From Corallochytrium limacisporum Hawaii (Eukaryota; Protista; Pluriformea), in NCBI GenBank assembly GCA_002811645.1, contig PDIP01000032.1, positions 1 through 64,000 on the forward strand: DNA of 64,000 nucleotides. The letters run 5' to 3'. Below, one piece after another: positions 9,606-18,823 of the stretch; position 1 is the first letter of the stretch; each line of letters begins with the position of its first letter. The notes below the pieces were generated by a model that was not told where the DNA came from, did no database searches, and saw nothing but the letters and a program-made list of their open reading frames with translations. Made by a program: the position numbers and the translations under genes.

Positions 9606-11513
9606 TTAGTTTTGGCTATTTTGTCCGTTGTTTAAGGGAACGAAGGTCGGCCGTCCCAGGAAATACCGCGTCCGGAATAACAGGGTGACCGGAGCTGCCA
9701 ACGCAAGCATGCTCAAGAACAGGAGCAAGAGATTGACCGCCTTTACGCTTCCTCCACCCATATTACGCATATACCACGTGAATATGTACTGCGTCGCGTT
9801 CATACACGACGCAAGGAAGATGATTATTCCGTATATAACTCCATAGTTGGAGTAGCCAAAGATTTTGGCTGTGTAATCTGCCATGACCGTGTACAACAGC
9901 GGGCGCATGAGACTGATAACGGCAAGAGCCAGAAGAGTTGCCCAAGTTTGTGGGATAACGATGAGAATGCCAAAAGTCACGCCCATACTCCAGCAAACCA
10001 GCAGCGAGTTGATCAGACCTGCGTGGTCCAGCAGCATGCCTACGGGATAGGTGGCAATCAGCCCCGCAGCCGCTAATATTAGTGCAAAGTTTCTGGCCAA
10101 GCTGTCCGCCAGTTCCGGTTGATCCGGTAGCAGCGCCATCATTTGGTCCGCGACAGTGTCAATGAAGAAGTTGATACGCAGCATAAACGTACCGAGGAAC
10201 AGAGCACCGAGCCAGAATTCCGCGTACCTAGTCATTTTTGTGGCCGGCAGGTGATGAACGACCATGCTGTATGCTCGTTCTGCCTTGTCCCTGATGAAGT
10301 GGTGCGCTTGCTCCCCATGCTGCTGTTGTTTGGCGGGACCGTTGTCCGCCAAATTGCCGTTGCTGGCATTGATATCCCCCGCGCTGCTCTCGGTCGGGAT
10401 CTGTCTAGACATGTCTCCAAGCAAAGGCTGCCGCTCACCCGCACGCTCAGCTTCGATTTCACGAGCCATCTGTTCAAGTGCTTCTTCCTCAGTGATGAGC
10501 AATCCGTTTCCGGTCTCGACGTGTCCTACCGGGTCCATGTTGCGACGCGTCTCGAGAGCGGTGAGTGATGCCTGGGAGGCAATCTGTGAATCCGGGAAAG
10601 TAATCGCTGCACTGACAGCAATAAACCCAGGTACCAGCACAGCGTACCCAATGAAGATCCAACTCAGCTCCAGGTCCAAATGGACGGCAAGGAGATCAAA
10701 AATCCAGAACATACAGCTGCCGACGTCGAAAGAACTCGTGCAGATGGCGAGTACCAGGCCACTGCGACTCGGTACGAGATTGCTAAAGTGCAGCAGAGTG
10801 ATAAAGATAGTCGGTCCACCCACTGCAATGAGCAAGAATCCTTCGATGAAGAGATCGACTCGGATCATCAGACTGATGCCGAAGAGAACACACCCCGCTG
10901 CGAGCAGCCCACTACCAATTATGGCCACCGCACGCGGACCAAGGCGATCCATGAGGTACCCAAATGGCAGTGTAAAGGCATTCTTGGCAGTAGTGGCGAG
11001 CATGAACATGAGATCAAGCTGCAATAATTGTGCTTTGCAAACATCCGGTCCACTCTCGCTGTTGTCATTGTCTACTTCCTGTGAGTCGTCGCAGAGCCAG
11101 TGGTATACCCCCGCGTCCAACAGAGCTGGCTTCAAACTGGAGAATCCAAAGACCAGGCCCGTACTCAGCACAGGAATGATAGCAGCACAGAACAGCAGGA
11201 AATTCCGACGGTTCTTGGTAATGTATGTGGGCACCGGACCGGTATGCGGCGGAGGATGATAGTTTGCGATACCCGTCTCACTGGCTGAGCGCATAAATCT
11301 CTGGGAACTCTCATCGACTTCGCTATGCGCTGTTGAGCAACCAGAGTCCCGACTCACATAGCTTGTTGCTGATGAACGACTGGCAGCAGAGCTGCCGCGA
11401 AGTGACGCCCGCAAGGCACTGATGCGGGCAGTCGGCTCCGGCCGGGCCGCCACATCACCCCGCAGTGGCGTTGTTTCGTTCACTGCACTAGTTGAAGGGT
11501 TCGATGAAGACAT
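9606..11513 (-). CDS. MFS transporter, SLC43/LAT3/Fmp42-like (probable amino-acid transporter)
   Basis: About 12 hydrophobic segments; 'GLVFGFSSLKPALLDAGVY.WLC', 'Q..QLDLMF', 'GYLMDRLGPR', 'FGYSNYGVIYG'. Confidence 0.85.
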   Translation of the reverse strand: MSSSNPSTSAVNETTPLRGDVAARPEPTARISALRASLRGSSAASRSSATSYVSRDSGCSTAHSEVDESSQRFMRSASETGIANYHPPPHTGPVPTYITKNRRNFLLFCAAIIPVLSTGLVFGFSSLKPALLDAGVYHWLCDDSQEVDNDNSESGPDVCKAQLLQLDLMFMLATTAKNAFTLPFGYLMDRLGPRAVAIIGSGLLAAGCVLFGISLMIRVDLFIEGFLLIAVGGPTIFITLLHFSNLVPSRSGLVLAICTSSFDVGSCMFWIFDLLAVHLDLELSWIFIGYAVLVPGFIAVSAAITFPDSQIASQASLTALETRRNMDPVGHVETGNGLLITEEEALEQMAREIEAERAGERQPLLGDMSRQIPTESSAGDINASNGNLADNGPAKQQQHGEQAHHFIRDKAERAYSMVVHHLPATKMTRYAEFWLGALFLGTFMLRINFFIDTVADQMMALLPDQPELADSLARNFALILAAAGLIATYPVGMLLDHAGLINSLLVCWSMGVTFGILIVIPQTWATLLALAVISLMRPLLYTVMADYTAKIFGYSNYGVIYGIIIFLASCMNATQYIFTWYMRNMGGGSVKAVNLLLLFLSMLALAAPVTLLFRTRYFLGRPTFVPLNNGQNSQN

Positions 11514-12180
11514 GAGTGGTGGGTTTGTTGCTTAGAACTATCAGCAGGTATTTCGTTTTCCGATTTAGTCCATTTCTCTATTTCGTGGTAAGTTCTTTCT
11601 CTCATGCAATACCTATTAGCAATAGATGGTCCGCAATGGCGTGCTTCCAAGAACAACTAGTTTCCTTTTTCAACCTGAACAACGGTATCCAATTCGTACT
11701 CACATTCCAAGGTCCTTTTCGAAGAAACCGCACACACAGCTGATACGTACATCACGCACCATCTGTTACTTTACAACTGCCTTTCCTTGCCGCCTCGAAG
11801 GTGATATCGTACGCCCACAGCTCTGTGTGCGCAAGTGTACTTGCATGTTGCGTGCAAGCAAGTCCTGTGTGTGTGTGTGTGTGTCCCCTGGTGGTGTTTT
11901 GTGCGCGCTCTAAACTTGGTGTGCCACCACCGATCGGCGACTGGAGTTCCTCCCGTTCGGACACAATCGAAACACCTGTGCCCCGGTTACCCACCATTCC
12001 TGCCCCGAGGCCCGCCCTCTTCCCAACACACCTGCCTCCCACTTGCCCCCAAGAAACTCCAACCCTCGGGGCCGTCGATCCTCTCGCTCGGAGCCCGGGC
12101 CCCTCCCTGTCACCCGGGGCAAACCGACACCACCAGCTCACCCATTGCGCGGTCCTCCGTCTGTCGTGCGGATTGATTGC

Positions 12181-12310
12181 TCTCTCACTCTCTCTCTCAC
12201 TCTCTCTCACTCTCTCTCTAACCCTCTCTCACTCTCTCTCACTCTCTCTCACTCTCTCTCTAACCCTCTCTCACTCTCTCTCACTCTCTCTCACTCTCTC
12301 TCTAACCCCT
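12181..12310. repeat. Higher-order minisatellite, 42-bp unit = TAACCCTCTCTC + 3x ACTCTCTCTC
   Basis: TAACCC at 12219, 12261, 12303 (exact 42-bp spacing). Confidence 0.9.
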
Positions 12311-13006
12311 CTCTGCCTCTGTCTCTGGCGGAGTTTTCACCGTTTTCTTTTTTCCTTTTTTCCTTTTTTTTTCTTTTTTTTGGTGGGCTGTTGGCTCTCT
12401 ATGCATTTTGGGCTCTAGGTTTTCCTCCAGTGGGCTAGGCTCTCGGCCCTGAGTAGGGGAGATCCCCCTCGGTGGCGTGTGCAGTGTGTCATCGGATCAC
12501 ATTTCAGAGATCCGATCAAAGTATATCAATTACCTCCCTAAAAAACCCCACCACCGCCCACCCACCCACCTCAGCAGCACCACCCCGCGCACCATTTTGA
12601 CCCCGGCGACAGAAAACGAGGAGGAAATGAAAAAGCACAGGGGCGCGAGTGCGAGCGCGCGGTTTCCCTCTCTCTTTTTCCGAGTAAATTCTCGGGCAAG
12701 CGCAAACTTTTTTTTTTCTTTTTTTGCAATTAGCGAAGCCAGAATAAAAATAGGAGGGGGGGGGGGAAACTGCTGTACGGGGCACGAAATCGATGAAATA
12801 CGGCGACTTCCCTTTTGGACAAGGCGCATCCTTGTACCAGAGAGCAAGGGGGGGGGGGAGACACTGCGCAGCACCCAAATCACACGGTGGGTTCACCAAC
12901 AGGGGAATCAAAGCACCACGATGCAAGGTAAATAGCCAATTCAATTGTAAGTTGTGTTCTATTGTTCATTAGTACTAAGTTTTCGCCTACCATTTTCGTT
13001 TAAAAG

Positions 13007-16000
13007 CTAGGCTTTTCCTTTGCGCTGTACACCGTACAGCGAGACAATGCCATTGCCTGTACCGACGGCAAGGGTTACGGTCTCCGGATGGAACGCCAGG
13101 CTCCGAATGACCCCGAATCGCTGCTCAAGGTAGGCATCGTGATGCTTGATCACGTTCAAACGTTCGCCATTGAGCTGATGCACCAAGACACCTCGGTCCC
13201 GGGTGCCCAGAGCAAGCATGGGTCTAGTGCTGTGCATTGCCATGCACGTCACTGAACACTCAACTCTGAATCCCTCCAAAGCCCTGGTGCGATGGCGGAC
13301 GTCCCAAACGTTTACGAAGCCGGAGCGGTCAGCGGTTACAAGGGCGGATCCTTGTGGTTGATACGCTAGGCCAATGATCGGTGCCTCATGCTCGCCACGC
13401 ACAGTCCAGATCAGGTCCTCTCTCACCGAAGCGCGAGTGTCGTAGGTGCGCAGACTGCCGTCCGAAAAGCCAATGGTAATCACAGAGCCCAGGTCCGAAA
13501 GTTGGCACATTCTTGTCACATCGACATTCCCCGTGGTGAAGGCGTTCGGACCGACAACAGTCTCTGGCCCGTGGTGATCGCCGTGATAAGATTCGCTTCG
13601 GTACGGATCGCGGTGGTGGAGGAACGGATTCGACGTGTCGCTGATGTGTCTGTCACGATGGTGCGTAGTTAGCGGAGACGTGGGCGGCAGGCCATGGTGA
13701 TGGTGCCCATGGTGGGTTGAACGCAGGTTAACGGCATCCGTGCGTGTTGGGCCCCGGAAGACGGGCACGGAGCGGACCATGAGCTCCGTGCTGGCGTCCC
13801 AAATGACCATGTGGCTGGCACTACCGGCTGCCGCAATGTGACCCCTACGCTCGTCGCACACAAACTGAAAGCCGTTGAGGACATGGTGATGACGATGATG
13901 ATGCTGGGCATTGGCACCGCCGTGGTCCACATTCATGCTGTGGCCATGGTCGCCGAGGCCTGCGTGCGAGCTGGTGCCATAGTCTTGGAACGTAGCGTTG
14001 CCCGTAGCGTGGGGGTCGAACGTAGCATGCAGCGCCCGCCACGCTGTAACTAGGGGTAGGTGAGGTTGGGCTGCATCGTGCAGCGAGACTATTCCATTGC
14101 AGAAGCCAGTAACCACCAACGGACGCGCAAAATGACGATTGATGAGATTCAGACACGTCAGCTCTGGAGTGCCATTGCCGGCGGTTGGGGCCATGGATGC
14201 GTAGCTCAAGCGCTGCGTCGAACGTTGGCCACCGACAAAGTTGTCATCACCGGCCTTGTGGTCGAGCTTCAGACTGCCATCAGAGTCACGAGGTACGCTC
14301 GCTGAGGAGTCGGCTGACTGAATGCGCTGGCGTTTGCGTCCCAAAATCATTGCCTGCGTCACCTTGGGCACGACGGTTACTTTTTGCACGCGACTGCCAG
14401 TCTGGAAGTCCCATGCGCTCACGTTACCTCTCATGTCTCCTGTGTAGATTTGATTAAGATGGGCGTAGAACGTCAAATGGAACGGATGGATATCGAGCTG
14501 TAGGATTGCCTTCTGCCGACTGATCGGAAACCGGAATACCTCATTGTAGAAGTGATGAGGTAGGACCTTTGAGACTGTCTGGTCGTTCACATCGCCATTT
14601 CTCTGTTGCGGGGACTGCGCGAGGCCATTCGCTGGACTGACCGAGCGTGAGATACCACGACGCGCGCTTCTCTTTGTCGGTGTGACCGACGGACTCGCCT
14701 CCCGGGATGGAATGTCATCGAGAGCGGCGTTAAAACGTCGGCGTTGGTGCCTCTGTTGCCGAATCTGTTGATCTTTTTCTTCAAATTGACGTTCACGGAG
14801 ATCTCTTTCAATTCTGAATGTGAACCGATCACCGCGATCACCTAGGGACAGAGTGCGTCGGGTGCCATCGGTAAGTAGCAAGGGCAAGTAAATCATTTCC
14901 ACAGACCATTTGAAGAAATCGGACTCGACAGTGGCAGTGTGCTCGTGCTCGTGGTTGCCAGAGACATCGTCGTCCAAGACTGCAAAAGGATCATCCAGGT
15001 ATTGGGTCAGCACAGAGATGGAGCCAACAGTGGGATTGCCAGTTTCATCCGCTCCAGCACTCGGAACATGCTCCGAGGCATCATCAACACTGCCACTACT
15101 CTCTGTCCTTCCCCGGTCCCGAGACGATGTTGAATTTGACGCTTTCCTATTCGAGTTTTGGCCAGTGATGTAATCTGCTGCAGAACGAGCGAGAGCAGTC
15201 AACGACGTAGTGCTGCCAGTCCGCAGGAAGCTTGCCTTCTCTTCTGACTGTAGTGCACGTTTGGCAACCACTGATGCGGCTCCTACACCGCTCGTTTGCG
15301 AATGGGTAGCGGCCGCCAGACCGTGGATTCCCGTATGGGAACTGTTGCTGCGATTAAGGGTTCGAGGTGTGTTGCTGTCGCTGGTCCGATTGGCTCCCGA
15401 CACTGCAGTATCCTCACTGGTAGAACCGAGTCCCCTGGCAGGTGCATTGGCTACACGAGCCAGACGTGCGATGGCTGCACGCACCCGTCGGATGCAACGC
15501 TGAGCAATGCTTGCAACTTGAGGCACAGGGTCCATACTCAGGGTCTCAAGAGCGCGCCAAATTGTAACATACTGACTTCCTGTTCCCTGGGCGCTCAATC
15601 CGAGTGCAATAGAAGGGCCAGTGTCCCGCGCGGAGTTTGGAGCGGTCTGCGGATCCTGGTCGAGAATCTGCTGAGCCAAATCCTTTAGTGCAGTCGACGA
15701 CGCACCACCTCCAACACGGGGCCTGACTCCCGAACCACCAATCACCGCTGAGTAGGCGTTCCCGTGGTGTTTGTTCTCCGGAGACTGTCCCTCATAGGAT
15801 CCGCTGCTGGCATGCCGGCTACTGTTTACTTCGCTACGCCTTCCACCATCACCGTCACGGGTACTGCTGCGCCAAGAAACACTTCGCTCGTTCGGATAGG
15901 GTCTCGGTACCTCCTCACTTGCACGCATCATATCATGACGCAGTGATCCCTGCCGAGGGAGAGGCATAGGCACCTCCCGCATTTGTAGAAGAATACGGTT

Positions 16001-18823
16001 GTGATCTACTTCGTCACAGTGCAAGATGGTGGCCTTCATACGACTCTCATTGAAGTATGTGTATCGACTGAGAGCCACTGCCAATTCCCTGCGCACCAGT
16101 GGGCTGGCATCTTCAATGGAATTTGCAAACGCGAACGCAATAGCAGCCTCCGTATGCAAAACGCTGTCGCTACGATCCGAGATTCCCATATATGTTACCA
16201 GACAGAAGATGGCCGATGTTCTCGTTTCCGGGACGGGATGGCGATGTAAACGCAACAACACTTCATGCGCCACATTGCGCAACCCAATCTTGCGCATGGG
16301 ATCGCTACGGTCCCACAGTGTAGATATGAAGAGGCAGAGCCAGCGGATAAGTTGGGCTTTTTCCAGTAGCTCCTCCTTCGGGCGATCGACAATTTCCACT
16401 AGCATGTTCAGGCATGTAGGGAGCAGATTGAATCGCCGCAGATCGAAGCGGCTGTTTCCATGCTCATCAGCCTCGCCCGCAACAAGAGAAAGAATGAAAG
16501 CAGCTAACATTTGGGTCTGGGTCGAGTCCTCTGCTGTGTTCAAGACATCAATAAAGTAATCTAAACCATGATCCTTCACCAAATCATGCACGCAGCTGCG
16601 ATCCACAACCAAAATCTTGGCCCAAATGAACACCAGCACGGGCCTCAACTCTCTCTGCTTGCTCTGCAATAGTCGACTGACATAAGGGAAGATACCCACA
16701 GCCAGGGACTGGTTCACCGCCCAGGCACCCATATCTAGGAATCGGGCTAACAACTGCAATGCACGCAAACGGTGTACCGGAGACAAAAGGATTTGCAACA
16801 CGACAGGCAGCTGCATGGGCGGACTATGAACGTGTCCTCCTGCCTCCAGCCATGTCTGAAAGGCTGTCAACTGCTCCTCAAAGAAAGGCAGCGAGGTCTG
16901 CTGTGCCATCGGATGTGGTGCCTGGGGGGTCTTTTGCTTCGACGAGCCCGAGCCAAGTTTACCGTTCTTGTCCTTGTCCCTGTTTTTCTTGTCCTCCTCC
17001 TGCATAAGAGGCAGCTGTGCAATGCACAAATCGACTACATGGTCCCAAGCCTGCCACATCGGGTGGTTTGCAGTTGCAGGGATCTTGGGACTGCTTACAG
17101 GGTTGCATCCACAGGTCTTCATAATACGCTCAGCAAGAAGGTAGTTACGGAACAGCGAAGCAACCAACAGATCCTGGCGGAACAATCTCTGGAACGTCTT
17201 CAGATCCAAAACCGTCCAAGCAATTGTGTCCGTGACGGCCGTGAATACCCAATTGAGTTCGCCAAGTGGAGTTCTACGGTCATTTAGCTTACCAGGGATT
17301 TGATCGCTAAGCTCTGGCGTGAACTTGGGTAGCAATCGCGGTGCCACATCAATGGCGTGCCAGCGGAGAGCAGTTGCAATCGGAGTAGTCAAGCACGACG
17401 TGAATAGGTCAGCTGGCAGCTGAGGGTTAATAGGCAGAGTTTCACCCTTCTGACAAGCAGCCAACTGGATTGTGTCAAAGACTGGGCGTACGTGGCCAGC
17501 CATGTCACTCATATCCGGATTCTCCTCCCTCGGCGTCTGCGCATCCGGCACACTTCGGCCCGAACCTTCTCTAGAAGACTTCGACTTCTTGGACACGACT
17601 TCTGCTCGCTTCTGCTGCTCGTCCTGGAACATTTCGATGTGCACTTTCCGCTGCCGTGCAAAATTTTCGTACGCTTCAACAACTGTGCCCGCGTCGCTGC
17701 AGTCGTAGACATAGATCGAAGGTGATCCCATCCATGTCTGCAGATCGTAGACACTGAGAGGAATATACTGCGTATATGTCTTGTTAAAGACCCAAATTTC
17801 TCCGTTTACACTTGGTTTTGGCACTCCATGGCCATTGTAGTGGAGCAGAATACGATCCGATTTTGCATTCTTCCGCAAATGCAAACATGCCTTCTTGACA
17901 TCTTCCAAGGTTGGATCCAAGCATATCCGAGGTCTTGCTTGTGGTTGCCAGAGCTTGTACTGCATTTCCAGAGCCATGCCAATCTGTTCGAGTGCCTTTT
18001 GGCTGGGCATGGACATGGGATCAATCCAGCACTCCAGATGGGCGTCATCCTTGGCACGAATCATATCTGGAGGATCAACACCGATATTGAGGCACAGACA
18101 GAGAGCTAATCGAACTGTCTTGCCTCTTTCCAATCGCCACTGCACTAGTTCATTACATTCATCCTCGCCAGGGACCGTATGATCTGTACTTGGCGAATCC
18201 CTGGGACCGTGTGTCGAACCCTCTGCTGTCGGATCAAGTACCCCTCTTGTTTTCTTGTACTTTACTACGCTCTGAGGATCACCCAAAGTCATGTGCCTAC
18301 GTTGCCGAAACCATTCCACGGCTGGCTCCTTGTTCTTGTCCTTGTGGTCTTCGTACACTGCGCGTGGTGTATCAAGTTGGTCCTGCAGACCACTCTTCCG
18401 GCGGTCATCTGGTATCATGACGGCTCCTGGCCGCGTGCGCAATGCATACGTTGTGGATGGTGTGTTTTTCGTAGGATCATAAGCAGACTTCTTCTTCGGT
18501 GCAATAATGTCCGAATTGTCGCGAGTTAGCCGCCCATTGCTATTCCCTTCGTCCACATTGAATACTTGCTGTTTCGCCTGGGCATCTTCTGCCCTCTGCC
18601 GCGATGCTTGCTGTGCGGCCTGGAATTGGCGTTGTTCCTTTTCCCTATGTTGCTTATTCTGTTCAGCAGCAGCTTCAGCGCGCCTCTGTAAGTCAATGGA
18701 TCTCCTAGTCGGACCGCGGTCCCTGTTTGCCTGTACCGTCGACTTTCCCTGCACGTCGGCATTAGTCCCTCTGGCCTGCAGTTGTCGGTACGGATTACCC
18801 GTACTGAACCCGCGATCAGCCAT
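13007..18823 (-). CDS. RPTOR: Raptor/Kog1, TORC1 scaffold (RNC + HEAT + WD40)
   Basis: 'LCLNIGVDPPD', 'RILLHYNGHGVPKP', 'NGEIWVFNKTYTQYIPLS', 'LPADLFTSCLTTPI', 'LFRQDLLVASLFRN', C-terminal WD40; first ATG at 18823. Confidence 0.97.
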   Translation of the reverse strand: MADRGFSTGNPYRQLQARGTNADVQGKSTVQANRDRGPTRRSIDLQRRAEAAAEQNKQHREKEQRQFQAAQQASRQRAEDAQAKQQVFNVDEGNSNGRLTRDNSDIIAPKKKSAYDPTKNTPSTTYALRTRPGAVMIPDDRRKSGLQDQLDTPRAVYEDHKDKNKEPAVEWFRQRRHMTLGDPQSVVKYKKTRGVLDPTAEGSTHGPRDSPSTDHTVPGEDECNELVQWRLERGKTVRLALCLCLNIGVDPPDMIRAKDDAHLECWIDPMSMPSQKALEQIGMALEMQYKLWQPQARPRICLDPTLEDVKKACLHLRKNAKSDRILLHYNGHGVPKPSVNGEIWVFNKTYTQYIPLSVYDLQTWMGSPSIYVYDCSDAGTVVEAYENFARQRKVHIEMFQDEQQKRAEVVSKKSKSSREGSGRSVPDAQTPREENPDMSDMAGHVRPVFDTIQLAACQKGETLPINPQLPADLFTSCLTTPIATALRWHAIDVAPRLLPKFTPELSDQIPGKLNDRRTPLGELNWVFTAVTDTIAWTVLDLKTFQRLFRQDLLVASLFRNYLLAERIMKTCGCNPVSSPKIPATANHPMWQAWDHVVDLCIAQLPLMQEEDKKNRDKDKNGKLGSGSSKQKTPQAPHPMAQQTSLPFFEEQLTAFQTWLEAGGHVHSPPMQLPVVLQILLSPVHRLRALQLLARFLDMGAWAVNQSLAVGIFPYVSRLLQSKQRELRPVLVFIWAKILVVDRSCVHDLVKDHGLDYFIDVLNTAEDSTQTQMLAAFILSLVAGEADEHGNSRFDLRRFNLLPTCLNMLVEIVDRPKEELLEKAQLIRWLCLFISTLWDRSDPMRKIGLRNVAHEVLLRLHRHPVPETRTSAIFCLVTYMGISDRSDSVLHTEAAIAFAFANSIEDASPLVRRELAVALSRYTYFNESRMKATILHCDEVDHNRILLQMREVPMPLPRQGSLRHDMMRASEEVPRPYPNERSVSWRSSTRDGDGGRRSEVNSSRHASSGSYEGQSPENKHHGNAYSAVIGGSGVRPRVGGGASSTALKDLAQQILDQDPQTAPNSARDTGPSIALGLSAQGTGSQYVTIWRALETLSMDPVPQVASIAQRCIRRVRAAIARLARVANAPARGLGSTSEDTAVSGANRTSDSNTPRTLNRSNSSHTGIHGLAAATHSQTSGVGAASVVAKRALQSEEKASFLRTGSTTSLTALARSAADYITGQNSNRKASNSTSSRDRGRTESSGSVDDASEHVPSAGADETGNPTVGSISVLTQYLDDPFAVLDDDVSGNHEHEHTATVESDFFKWSVEMIYLPLLLTDGTRRTLSLGDRGDRFTFRIERDLRERQFEEKDQQIRQQRHQRRRFNAALDDIPSREASPSVTPTKRSARRGISRSVSPANGLAQSPQQRNGDVNDQTVSKVLPHHFYNEVFRFPISRQKAILQLDIHPFHLTFYAHLNQIYTGDMRGNVSAWDFQTGSRVQKVTVVPKVTQAMILGRKRQRIQSADSSASVPRDSDGSLKLDHKAGDDNFVGGQRSTQRLSYASMAPTAGNGTPELTCLNLINRHFARPLVVTGFCNGIVSLHDAAQPHLPLVTAWRALHATFDPHATGNATFQDYGTSSHAGLGDHGHSMNVDHGGANAQHHHRHHHVLNGFQFVCDERRGHIAAAGSASHMVIWDASTELMVRSVPVFRGPTRTDAVNLRSTHHGHHHHGLPPTSPLTTHHRDRHISDTSNPFLHHRDPYRSESYHGDHHGPETVVGPNAFTTGNVDVTRMCQLSDLGSVITIGFSDGSLRTYDTRASVREDLIWTVRGEHEAPIIGLAYQPQGSALVTADRSGFVNVWDVRHRTRALEGFRVECSVTCMAMHSTRPMLALGTRDRGVLVHQLNGERLNVIKHHDAYLEQRFGVIRSLAFHPETVTLAVGTGNGIVSLYGVQRKGKA

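Noticed and set aside
10264-11259. 331-aa antisense ORF over the MFS gene (also 50332-51204 over OPLAH and many shorter ones)
   Set aside because: Shadow ORFs opposite well-supported CDSs; no recognisable motifs.
12181-12310. CRISPR-like periodic repeat
   Set aside because: No unique spacers, no cas genes, eukaryotic context.
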